From NCBI GenBank assembly GCA_965112735.1, contig OZ218957.1, positions 3,224,001 to 3,288,000 of the forward strand: DNA of 64,000 nucleotides, given 5' to 3'. Positions within the stretch are counted from its first letter, which is position 1; each line of letters starts with the position of its first letter. The notes under the pieces are model-generated. The model had not been told where the DNA came from, did no database searches, and was given only the letters and a program-made list of their open reading frames with translations. The position numbers and the translations under genes are program-made. Below, one piece after another: positions 36,437-48,509 of the stretch. This stretch comes from Phaeosaccion multiseriatum. Lineage: Eukaryota; Protista; Ochrophyta, other classes.

Positions 36437-37825
36437 ATGTTGCACAAACGGGGAGGGCAGGCTGTGGCAGTGGTGCTATGCCTCTTTGTGCACGCCGCTA
36501 TTCGGGTCCACTCCTTCGTCGCACCCAACCCAGCAGCAGCAGCAGTAGCTGGTCTTGGCCCGGTAGGCGCGAATAGCAGAAGAAAAGGCGGCGCGGCCGG
36601 TCGATGGAGCTCAGCAGCAGCAGCGGCAGGACGAGGCAGTAGCAATAGAAGCGGCAGCGGTTTTAGAATCGGCAGCAACCGGGTGCATAACCGGAGGCTT
36701 CGGAAAGGCTCGTCGCCAATCCCCGACTTTTTAACCGTGAGAAAGGTGAGCAGAGGCTGCGAGGAAGAACGGCGCGGGGGAAGGTACCAGCGAGGAGTTA
36801 ACTGATGTGCTTGCTCGTCGCTTGGGCGCGAGGGTGGGCAATCATGCACTCTCCCCCGTGGACGTCGGATCTATCCCCCCTCACCTGACCCTGCCCACAG
36901 TCTCTTCCTTCCTTGCTGCCGTATAACAGTCGAGCACCCTCCAAGGTTTGTAACGCCCTTTTCGGTGGGGGATCCTCTTCTGCGTCCTTCGTCCCTCTCG
37001 CCTGATCATACGCAGGCAACACCCGCTCCCGATGTGCCCGTGTCCCCGCCCTCCGAGCCCAACAAAAAGATGTACTTCGGAGAGAGTACCAAGAGGTCCC
37101 TCGTCAAGGCCCTGGGCTGGAGAGTGACTGCAGGCATCGTCACGCTGGTGCGTGCGTCGAAGCGAAGCACCTCTTACTCTCGCCCACTTGCTCTGCCACG
37201 GACTGTGTGTGTTCAATTAGAGCAACCACGCCCATGTCTTTAAGTTGACGTACTGCTGTATCACCGCCTGTTACTGTGTTCTCTCTCTCCTGACCAGCGC
37301 TCTCCAAGCGACCAGTCGCCCTTTCAACCCACCCCCCTCACCCCCGCCCCTCTGCCCCCAGATCTTCCTTGCACACACACACACATATACATACATGCAT
37401 ACACAACCCTCTCTCCCTTCCTCACCTGCCCCCCCCCCTCCTCCCTCCCTCGCCTGATTGACTTTCAGATATCGGGTCTGTACTTCTCCGGCAACCTACG
37501 CACCGCCCTCACCATCGTCGGCAGCGACTTTCTCTCCAAAGCGGGCTTCATGTTCGCAGGAGAGCGACTGTGGAACAAGGTCAAGTGGGGCCAGGGAAAC
37601 AAGGGCGACTCCAATCAGCGCTCCATCGTAAAGGCCCTCGTCTGGCGGATCTTTGCGGCCTCGAACACGCTTATTTGCAGCCTGCTCTTGGCCAAGGACC
37701 TGGGCATTGCGAGCAAGATTGCCGGTTCAGATACCATTTTCAAGACGGGACTCTTTTTCTTTTACGAGCGGATCTGGTCAGCGATTGAGTGGGGGAAGGA
37801 GTACGAAATGGAGTATATGCTGTGA
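36437..37825 (+). CDS. Plastid-targeted membrane protein with tandem DUF2061 domains
   Basis: Exons 36437-36745, 37016-37147 and 37469-37825. Two repeats: ESTKRSLVKALGWRV...FAGERLWNKVKWG and DSNQRSIVKALVWRI...FYERIWSAIEWG. The signal peptide ends VHS|FVAP. Confidence 0.85.
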
Positions 37826-38484
37826 TTTGATTCGATTTTGAAACGATACGGGGGATGAAGAAAGTATTTTTACTCGCTCAGGGGGCATGCATATAAGAGA
37901 GAGGTGGGAGAGACATGAAGCGGGGCAGTTACGACGCTCTTTTCTTTTGTATACGTAACGCAGTCACGTGACACTGCAAGAGGCAAAGGAGAAGGAGAGG
38001 AGGGGGCGGTGAGCTCCACTTGTCTCCACCCTGTCTCTCGGCCCTTGGGAGGGAGGGAGGGAGGAAGTGTATCACGCTTACTTACGGGCTCGTTTGTCAG
38101 TCTGTGAAAGTGGGTATTGAGTTGCTGAGGTGAAGGGCGTGGATGGAGAGGATTAAGAGAGAGGGCGGCTTGGTGGCGAGTGGGAGGGAGGGAGTGGGGA
38201 GAGAGGAAGCAGACGGGGTTGAGGGGGGGGGGCAAGGGGGAGAGGGGCGTCGGAATACACTAGAGAAGGGGAGGATCGAGAGCAGAGAGAACAAACGAAT
38301 GGGTAAGAGAGGGAGGGGAGGCTCTCTGCGACAGAGGGACGGAGGGATGACGGATGGGCCGGGCCGGCGGGTCAGGGTGGGGGAGCGGTGGGGGACCGGA
38401 AGGAAGCGATAAATGCTTCGTCAATGCAAACATGTTTTTATCATTCCCCGTCACAAGACTTCCTTCTGCCTCACACCTCATCGC

Positions 38485-39039
38485 TTACGCTCCGGACCCG
38501 ACTGAAGAGCGAGAGCTTGCGCTACTGTTGCTGCTACTACTACTGTTGCTGCTGCTGCTGCTACTCCTACTCCGCCTGTCAGCTGCCTTCTTGCTGCTCT
38601 TCCTCTTGCTCTTCCCGCCGCTGCTGCTCCTTTTCTTGGCCTTCTTGTCGTGCTTTTGCTTCTTGTGGTGCTTGTGCCTGCTCTTCTTGCTCTCCTTCTT
38701 CTTCCTTTTGCTTTCCTTCTTCCTCTTCTTGCTCTCCTTCTTCTCCTTCTTGCTGCTGCCCCTCCTCCCCGTCTCTCCGCCCTGCCCATTCTGTAACCCC
38801 CCTGGCCCTCGCTCGTCAGTCATCCACGAAGGCAGCGTGGCACCCCTGCCCCTGCCCATCGGAGGCAGAGCCTGTTGCTGCTGCTGCTGCTGCTGCGGCG
38901 GCTGCTGCGATGGCTCCGGCATGTCTGGAATAATGTCGTAATTCCTCCCGTCCCTGCTGAAGCACTCGATAGACAGGTGGCCGTGCCCTCCACATTTCGT
39001 GCACCTGCAGCAGTAGAAAGGAGTAAGTCAGTTTAGGTA

Positions 39040-39106
<67 letters not shown>

Positions 39107-39433
39107 TTCATCATCATCATCCTCCTCCTCCTCCTCCTCCTCCTCCTCCTCCTCATCATCATCATCATCAGTAGCACATAAGGGTGCATGGAACAGACAA
39201 AAACAGAGGGAGAAGGCAGGGAGCAGGCAGGGAAAGAAAGCCCCCCCCCCCCCACGCACTCACACTGTGTTCAAGACCGCGCCGAGAGCAATCTCCTGCC
39301 CTGATGACCCCCCGGGGCCGTCTCTGGGCTTTCGTCTCAGCGCATCCGCATCAGATTGGACATTTCCGGCGTCTAAATCCTCGCCATTGGACTGATCCAC
39401 AAACTGGATACACGACACACACACGGAGGGCAT

Positions 39434-39464
<31 letters not shown>

Positions 39465-39478
39465 TAGAAGGGGGGTGT

Positions 39479-39511
<33 letters not shown>

Positions 39512-41514
39512 AGAGAGCGCTCGTCAAGAGAGCAAGGAGCAGCAGCAGCAGCAGTAGCAGTTGGTGATTATTGAGTGAGTGTAATGCAAAGGGGGGCGGG
39601 CCGTGTGCTCTTGCCTCCACCTTCCAATGTCCCGCCGCCCACTCTTACAGCTCCCTTGATCCTCCTCCTCCTCCTCCTCCTCCTCCTCCTCCTACGCTCC
39701 ATGCGGCTTGGTTTCATGCTCTGATCAGACTGGCCACCCAAGCACACACACACACACACTGACACTTACCTTCATCGAGAGACTGATCTTTCTCTGCCTT
39801 GGGTCGGGCACTGGCCCTTCTCCCTCCTTGATCTCCAGCACTTTGACCCACACCTTCTCCCCCACACTAACCGCGTCCGACACATTCTCCACGCGGTAGT
39901 TTGCCAACTGAGTGATGTGCACAAGCCCGTTCTTTCGATACCCGCCATCCAGCTTCACAAAGCAACCAAAGGCCTCAATCTTCTGCACCTCCCCGCGGTG
40001 GATGGAGTTGAGCTCTGGCATGGGGTCTGCCTGCCCGTTGCCGTAATGCCCTCCTCCTCCTCCTCCTCCTCCTCCTCCTCCTCCGGCCGTCGCCCCCCAC
40101 TGCGACTCTGCCCTTCCTCCCCCGTGCCCCCTGCGCTCTGCATCGGAGGCCTCGTGAAGAGGATCGAGATCGGAGCCGTCCGATTGACTCACCACCTGAC
40201 AAGGCAAGAGAAAGGGGGCCGGGGGGGGGGGGGTGTTAGAGGCATATGGGGGGAGGGAGGGAAGGCCAGAGGGAGAGAAGGGCCACGGGATGACGTCACG
40301 GAGGGAGGAGGCGGCGAAGGACATGTCTGCGTTGTGATTTGGCGATTCAGAAGTCATTCTGGTCCACCCAACCGACTCGCCTACTGAGCTACGGATGACA
40401 GGACTCCGACCGATCCAACCACCCCCATACGATAGCTCTCTTTTGCAAGGATTAGGTAGACTGGTGAATTGATTGACGGGTCAGTGGGAGGAGCGGGTGC
40501 CACCCACGCTGTCTCGAACCACCCACACCACAAGCACCTTGCGTGACGGCCACGGAATGCCCCCCCACTGCTTCGTTCAGCATCCACCCCCTTTCCCCTT
40601 CGCTCGCTTAAGACACATCTTACCTTCATGGACAGGCTAATCTTCCGCTGCCGGGGGTCAGGATCGGGCCCGTCCCCTTCCTTCACCTCGACCACCTTCA
40701 CCCACACCTTGTCCCCCATGGAGACCACGTCCTCCACCTTCTCCACTCGATAGTTGGCCAGCTGCGTCACATGCACCAGGCCGTTCTTGCGGAAGCCCTC
40801 CAGTCGGATAAAGGCTCCATATGACTCAATCTTCTGTACCTCACCTCTGTAGATGGAGTACAGCTCCGGCAAGGGCTCCCCGCCCCCCCCGCGCTGGTAA
40901 TGGCCACCGCCACCGCCTCCGCCTCTGTCACGGTCGTCCCTACTACTTCCATATCTCCCCTCGCTACGCCCGCCATACCTGCTATCATCCTGCTGCCTGA
41001 AACCTCCGACTGCCCTAGCCGCCGCGGAGGGTGCTGCGGCCCCTGGTGCCGCCGCATTCACGCCGTCAGGGTGTGTCATCCACGCAGGCAGGTTCTTGGT
41101 CCCGTTTCCACGCCCTGCAGCAGCCGTGGCAGCCATGATCCCGCGCGCTGCCTCAGCTGCGGCCGCTCCAACACGCGGTGCATCGTCCTTCTTCGATTCG
41201 CCCCACCTGGACGCGCGCTTGTCCTCCCCGCTGTCATTGCTGGCCACCGGAGCGGGGGGCCTTCTTTCCCCACGACTGGGGCTGGCATTGCCTCGCCTGT
41301 CTCTGCTTCTACTTTTCCCTCTGCCCCGACTTGTGCTTCTACTCGCGCTACTACTACTGCTGCCCCTCTTTCTCCTGTGCTGCCGCTGGTGGTGGATCTT
41401 CCTCCGTCGACTATCCCCTAGCTCCACCCTCTCTCGGGAGCCTTCCCTGCTTCTCTTTCTGCCCCTACTCCCACTCCTGCTTCTGCTCCGGCTTGCACTC
41501 CGGTGCCCCGCCAT
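38485..41514 (-). CDS. ZCCHC17: ZCCHC17/pNO40-like RNA-binding protein: RS-rich N-terminus, two S1 domains, CCHC zinc knuckle, Lys-rich tail
   Basis: Exons 41514-40624, 40195-39770, 39403-39264 and 39004-38485. The S1 motif 'GEVQKIE.(Y/F)G.F...G.RKNGLVH.TQL' occurs twice, followed by the CTKCGGHGHLSIEC knuckle and a KKEKKESKKRKK tail. Confidence 0.85.
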
Positions 41515-41766
41515 CACTATTACCCAGGAGTCGCAATAGGAGAGAGAAAGTGGTGGACGACCCTCGATCAAGGGGTACTCTTTGGATATCCTCTTTGCCT
41601 CGATGACCCTCCTGTTCTCCAACTGGCGAATGGATTCGACCCGTACAGTTTCGTTTTTGATGTGTGGAACGGACTAGTCCCAGGTCAGGTGATCAAATAA
41701 GCCCAGCTGACCAAGGTCCAGTAGTCCCGAGAACCAGGCAGGCAGGCGCGGCAGGCGGCAGGCGGC

Positions 41767-44700
41767 ATGACGGGCCTGAGCCACTACCAGCAGGCCCTCT
41801 ATGACAACTACCGCTCCGTGCCGAGGGAGACAAGTCCCACAAAGAGGAAGGGGGCAACCGGCTCAGCCGCTGCGTACCGCCACACTGCCCCGCAGGGAAA
41901 GCGCCTGCCGCGCTCCACGGACAATGTCCGGGTGCAGCACGACGGTATTCTCTACAATGTAGACAAAGACACTACATCCTGGCATGCGTACAGACTCGAG
42001 CAAGATGAGGATAGAGACTTCGAAGACCGGAGGGTGGAGGAACTCAAGGACAAGACCAGAGGTGTGTGTAGAGCCTCTAGCGATGAGAAGAGTACAGTAC
42101 GGTGCTACCTTTGCATCGGCAGGCTCAGCCACCGCGTCTATAGTGCCCTTCCAATGGAGCGTATGTAGTCGTTCCCCTTCTAATGGATTCCTACCACCCC
42201 CCCCTCTTTCCATGGCCATGTCAGCTCGTCGCAGCGACTACAAGCCGCGAAGGGTGTGGGACCCCACTGCTGGCTTCACTACGGGGGGGGCGAGAAGCAG
42301 AGTAGCAGCAACAGAAAGGAGCAGGCCCAACTCTGCGCGGTCGCCTTCTCCAATCTCCTATTCACACTCTCCCGTGCGCCTCGGCAGAGATGAGTTCGAC
42401 AGCAGGAACCGTAGTGGGGACATCATCGACGGAATCAGCCCGAGCAGCACCTTCAGGCGAACACTGAACAATACCACGTCTTCCGCCGCAAAGGGGTCTA
42501 CAGGGGGGGCGCGTTCTCACTCCGAGCGGCCTTCCTTTCGCAGCAACAACAACAACGATCACGACAACAACGACAGCCGCGACTATTATCCGCCTTCGCC
42601 TTCTTCGCCTGAGGCTACAAGTCGAAGAGCTCGGCCAACATCGGCACCCTCGCAGCGTAGGAGGCAGGGAGGGGCGGAGCGAGAGAATAGCAGCGGGACG
42701 TCTTACAATCGACGTGGAAGGACGGAGAGGAGCAGCTACAGAACGGCCACCGATCGGGAGGAGGAGCTGATGGGGAGGGTCGACGCGCTGAGCAAGACAG
42801 TGGAAGGCTTGCAGCGGAGCATCGCCGAGAAGGCGGTGGGGATGGCAGCAGATGATGGAGGTACACCAACACCATGGTCAGGGTCAACACGACAGGCGAG
42901 AAGAGCGGTGGCGGGGGGTGGTAGCGAGGGGGGCTACAGCAGCGGCGGGAGTACTCGGCTGCGCAGTCCTTCTCCCGCGGGTGGTGGTGTTGGTGGCAAC
43001 GACTACTCCCCAAGCCCGAGGAGCAGAGGGGGGGAGTCGAATTCCCCAGCGTCATCGTCGCCAACCCCAGCTTCAGCTTCAGCTTCCTTGGAGCACGATC
43101 TTGGCGGAGAGGATGGTCGCGTCATATACTCCAAAATTAACGAGCTCCGGCACTCGCATGAGACCAACCTGTCCGTCATCAAAGCCCTCGAGAAGGACAA
43201 GAGGCAGGCAGAGTCACGCGCACGGAGGCTGGAGAAGCTTCTGCAGCACAGCATTCGTATGAGAGAGGAAGGGGGCTCCTTCTCGGATGACGACGAGTTC
43301 GACATCTACCGTCGAGGATTGGCAACGACCACGCCGCCCCACCTAAAACTGTCGCCCACACCTCCACCATCATCGCGCACAACGACTCCGGCGGCGGCGA
43401 CGGAAGAAGAAGAAAGAAGCTGTAGAGGAGACTCTTGTAGTCCGTCGAGGCGGCGACCGTGGGATAGCAGCAAAGGGGCATGGGACGGCAGCAAAGGGCA
43501 AAGGGCAGGGGGCCGGCCCCGAAGCGCTTCGTCTCTCGATCGCCACCACTCGCGAGGAGGGAGGGGCTTCTCCTCCTCCTCACCCTCCTCAGCAAGGATG
43601 AGAGGTTCCGCCACTCTCAGCGATTACTGCCACAGTGAGGGGGGGGGGAAGAAGAGAGGGGTGACCGTTCCGCGACCGTTCCGTACCATGGAGATACATG
43701 TGGCGAAGCGAGAGGCTAAGCAGAGAGAGGAACAGGAGCTGAAGCTTCGAGAGAAGGAGGTGGGTGAGGAGCGAGACTGATGAAAGGATGGCAGCTGATG
43801 GTGGTGGCCTTGGGGGTGGGGTGGGGGTGGGGTTGGTGGCGAAGTATGGGACACGAGATGGTGCGATACCCCAAATCACAAATCTCTTACCCACACCTGA
43901 TACTACAAACACAAACTCAATCTCTATCCACCACCGACACTACTGTTAGAAGTCGTACTTTCGCTAGACTGATACCGCCCAGTCTGAATTCAGAGGATAG
44001 GTAACAGTCTAGCATATAGGCAACAGTCTAGCATATAGGTAGCAGCCTAGCAAAAGGACGACTTCTCACACTATACGAGTTTCTCTGCACACTCCCAACC
44101 CGGCCTGTTCCTTCAGCGATTCTCTCTCATCTCCAACTCTAACCTCCGGATGACAACTCCCTCCCTCCCTCCCTCCCTCCCTCCCTCCCTCCCTCCCTCC
44201 CTCCCTCCCTCCCTCCCTCCCTCCCTCCCTCCCTCCCTCCCTCCCTCCCTCCCTCCCTCCCTCCCTCCCCCTCTCCTCCCTCTGGCCTCATCTCCTCCTC
44301 TGGCGGCGGGTGGACGTAACGTACGCTACATACTTGGACACAATGTAATAGGAGGAAATGAGGGAGGAGCGGCAGCAGCGCCTGCGAGCCCTGCGCTCTC
44401 TTGAAGGAAAGCCCTTCGAAGGAGTCATCTCGAGGAGCGAGGAGATGCTTGCTCGAAGAGAGGAGAAGGTGAGGCAGGAAGGTATAGTCGATGATATCGA
44501 CATTTCGATATCGATTTTCGATCTCTTGATTGGCGTGTCGTTTCAATTTCGAGAAGCGCCTACCCGTGACGTGATTGGTAGGGTCTAACAACAAAGAAAC
44601 TGAAACTCACAGGTGAGGCAAGCGGCGCTGCGGGAGGAGGAGGAGCTCAAGAAGGCTTACTTCAAGGCCGAGGTGAGTGCGTGCGTGCGTGTGTGCCTGC

Positions 44701-47607
44701 GTGTGCGGGTGCGTGCGTGAGCGGAGGAGGGGGGAGGATGGCACGTCATGAATGTGCAGCTCAAGACCGAGGTCAGCGAAGAAGGGTGCTGACTTTTCTC
44801 CACCCCACTTCCCCTCCTGCACAACGCTCTTTCACTGCTGCATTGCAGGAGGTCGTGCTGGCGGATGCCGACTGGAAGACCATCCAGGAGAGGCAGGATG
44901 TTAAACGCCAGCAGGAGCGAGAGGCCAGAAAGCAGCAGACGCTCAGTATGTCCAGAATGCCCCCCCGGATGGCGAGGGCGAATCACCAACTGCTGGAGAA
45001 GGAGAAGGCGCAAGCGGCGGCCAAGGCTGCGCGACAGCGAGGGTCAGGAGGAGGAGGGGGGGGAAGAGGAGGAGGAGGAGGAGGAGGAGGAGAGGATGAT
45101 GACGAGCTCAGTGTGGGAGGTAGCTCCATGCAGCTGAACAAGAAGAAAAAGGTCCCCCCGGAGAAGGTAAACGGAGAGAGTGGTTCATGACAATCGAGGT
45201 CAAGAACCTGAGACTGAAACTGAGTCTGAAACACTGAAACACTGCACCGCGAAATCTCCACGCCACCTCATTGCTCCTCGCTCGACCCCTTCCCTCCCCC
45301 CCTCACGGCCATCGCTCCTCCTTCATCTCGTTTACACCCATCCACTGCCATCCACTGCCATCCACTGCCATCCACTGCCATCCACTGCCTCCTCCCTCCC
45401 TCCCTCCCTCCCTGCCTCCTCCCTGCCTGCCTCCCTTCCTCCCTCCCTCCCACTCCCTCCATCCGTCCTAGATTCGCGAGCTGCACAGCCGGCAGCAGCG
45501 TAAGTGGGAAGCGCTCCTTGCCGCCCGAAAGCAGCGATCGTCCCACAACAGGCAGCCGGTGGTGCCCATTGCTAGCGGCATGGAGAAGAGGCAGGAGAAG
45601 TACGAGGAGAAGGCGAGGGAGAGGAAGGAGACGCAGAGGAAGAAGGAGGAAGAGCAGAAGAGACACCGGGAGGAGGAGGAAAAGAAGAAGAGGGAAAGCG
45701 CCTTCAAAGCGCGTGTGCCCACTGTGCCCCGGACAACCAACAGGTACAGGAGGAGGTACCGTTCGTTAACGACCGGCCTTTAACGGCCGTTGCGTTGCAG
45801 ATTGATCATGACTGAGCATTGAGTTGGAGCACACGTCGTTGTATAGTTCGTTGACTTCATCCTGCCGAGCCAGTTCTGAATCCCATTCAGACATTCAGAC
45901 CGGCCCCGGACAGTAAGCCACACACCGCGACGTCTCTTGCTTGCATGGAGCCCTTCTGCTGCCATCCCATCCCTCACTTCGCCTTTTTCTCCTGCTTGCT
46001 GTCTCCATCTCTCTCTCAACACGCACGCTCGCACCCTCGCACGCACACACAAACACACGCACGCAACCCCCGACCCATCCACCCGACCACCCACTTGGAT
46101 GAAAAGCCAACTGCTGCATACGAAGGAGGTGGAGAAGAAGCTGAAGCAGGAGAGAGAGGCCCAAGACAGAGAGGAGGCACGCGAGAAGCTCCGGAAGCAG
46201 CGCCAAAGGGCAATTTCCAAGAACATCTCGCAGGTAAGAAGTGAAACCGTAGAAGAGAGAGGGTAGAGAGCGGTGCACTGTACCACCAACATCACCACCT
46301 GTGCCATCTGTGTGACTTGTGGCTGTACCACCAACACCACCACATCTGTACCACCAACCCCCACAGGCCATCAAGGCCGTACAACGCGAGCGTGGGATGG
46401 GCGATGAGGAGGCGGCCCTCTCCGCTGACGCCCTCGCGGCCCGCAAGCTCGCTGTGGCTAGGGAGAAGGCCAAGGAGGACAAAGTCAAGTACATACAGTT
46501 TCAGAAGGACCTGCAGGTGAGGGAGAGGAGGGGGGGATGGCAGTGGACGGGCGGGTGATGGGGGGGGGGGGGGGGCTTGGGCTGGCTGACTGACTGATTG
46601 AATGAATGACTGACTGACAGGCTGACTGACTGACTGACTGACTCACTGCGCGACTGACTGACTGACTGACTGACTGGCCGATTGGATGACTGACTGACTG
46701 ACTCAATTGACGCCCTCCCTCCCTCCCTCCCTCCCTCCCTCCCTCCCTCCCTCCTTCACTACACTTCGCTGCTTGTGCCCTCTCCGCTCTGCGCAACAGG
46801 ACAAGGCGCAGTCAGGCCCGACTCTGTGGGAGCGGCACGACGCCGAGCTACGCAAGGGAGTGGCGAGGAGGGAGGCCCTCAGTGCCATTGCTAAGTCCGT
46901 GTACGGCTCTGGCGAGAACTGGCAGGCCCGGGCAGCCAGAGGTAAGGGAGGGAGGGACGGACGGACGGACGGAGAGAGGGAGGGAGGGAGAGAGGGAGAG
47001 AGGGAGAGAGGGAGAGAGAGAGAAAGGGAGGGAGGGAGGGAGGGAGGGAGGGAGGGAGGGAGGGAGGGAGGGAGGGAGGGGCGGACGGACGGAGAGAGGG
47101 AGGGAGGGAGGGAGAGAGGGAGAGAGGGAGAGAGAGAGAAAGGGAGGGAGGGAGGGAGGGAGGGAGGGAGGGAGGGAGGGAGGGAGGGAGGGAGGGAGGG
47201 AGGGAAGGAAGGAAGGAAGGAAGGAAGGAAGGAAGGAAGGAAGGAAGGAAGGAAGGAAGGAAGGAAGGAAGGAAGGAAGGAAGGAAGGAAGGAAGGAAGG
47301 AAGGAAGGGAGGGAGGGAGGGAGGATGGAAGGAAGGAAGGATGGAAGGATGGAAGGATGGAAGGATGGAAGGATGGAAGGAAGGAAGGAAGGAAGGAAGG
47401 AAGGAAGGGAGTATGTCTGTTCTGATGCTCGACACTGCGCACCATTCACAACCAGACTTCCTCTTGGCCTTGGCCTTTGCCCGATTCTCACTTCTTCCTG
47501 CACGCCTCTCGCCTCTCGCCCCCCGTTCAGACGGATTGTTTAACGAGGAAGAGAAGATACTGCTGGATATTCATCCCGACTCGGACACAGGAGGCTACGG
47601 CGGGTAG
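41767..47607 (+). CDS. FAM161/UPF0564-like coiled-coil (ciliary/centrosomal) protein, paralog A
   Basis: About 10 exons (41767-42061, 42224-43759, ..., 46800-46941, 47531-47607). Motifs VTVPRPF..M, YFKA, SRMPPRM and AFKARVP are typical of FAM161; there are long charged coiled coils. Confidence 0.65.
45339..45390 (+). repeat. Tandem 10-mer (TCCACTGCCA)x5
   Basis: Directly visible in an intron of FAM161-like A. Confidence 0.9.
46946..47410 (+). repeat. Compound (GGGA)n/(GGAA)n microsatellite, one example of the many intronic simple repeats
   Basis: Directly visible. Similar tracts occur at 590-915, 1485-1640, 11120-11350, 14140-14350, 23533-23760, 39040-39170, 44160-44270, 53404-53700 and 59415-59585. 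Confidence 0.95.
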
Positions 47608-48509
47608 AGAGAGAGCGAGGGGGAAGGCAGTCGATGGCTCCTTTCTATTCTGAGGTTAAAAAAAGTGAACCGAGTCAAGCAGGCAACCCCTCCAACTTAG
47701 TGTCAGGACGCAGGCGGTGTGCACTGAGCGTCGTCAAGAGAGAGGAAGAGTGAGAGGGAGAGAGCATGTGAGAGAGAGAGAGAAAAGGGGCAGGATACGA
47801 TGCATGCAGGAAGGGAGAATTCAATACACAAAGGGGATGGTATAAACAGTTGGCCTGGAGCTGGGTGGTGGTGACTTCTCGCGATCACATTTGTCGCTAC
47901 GTCTGCTGCCGTCCCTCCCCCCCCCCACATAAGACAGTGGTGAAAAGAACACAAATGCCGTGTGTGCGTGCGTGGCGGGCGAAGACGAATCTGACCCCCC
48001 TGGGTTCGCTCTTGAACTCCGAGTTGGGCAAGTTCAACTACGATGCTTTGTTTTGAGCGCTCCCGAGGTCGCCACTGCTCAAGTTTGATTGATTCTTACG
48101 CGGCCCTTAGTGCTGTCAGTAGTGTACTCCTTTCCCTGTCCGGTCATTGTCTCGTGACGTTCCTCCCCCACCACGCGACTGCTTCACCCACGTTTGCGTT
48201 CCCAGCCCTCTCCCGCGTGGATGTGCGGAATCCCCCCCTCCTTCCCTCCTCCAAGGTTCATCCCCGCAGTCCTCCTGTGTCGTCTCGTCTCATTCCCAGC
48301 GACGCACGGCTTTGTGCGGTGCTCGCTCTGCGTAGCTTGTCTCCACCTTCTTGCCACACAATGTCGCCTCGGTTGCGCATGATGGAGACGAATAGCGAGA
48401 ACGCCGCGGCGAGCGATGCTGGGCGGTGGTGGTGCCATTCAGGTCGTGTTGACGTCGTGTTGATCAAGCTTTCTCCCCACGTGCGCAGCACAAAACTCTC
48501 CACCTCAAC

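Noticed and set aside
46703-47607. Several 180-280 aa ORFs of [12 protein letters not shown] repeats
   Set aside because: They are stop-free translations of intronic (GGGA)n/(GGAA)n microsatellites.
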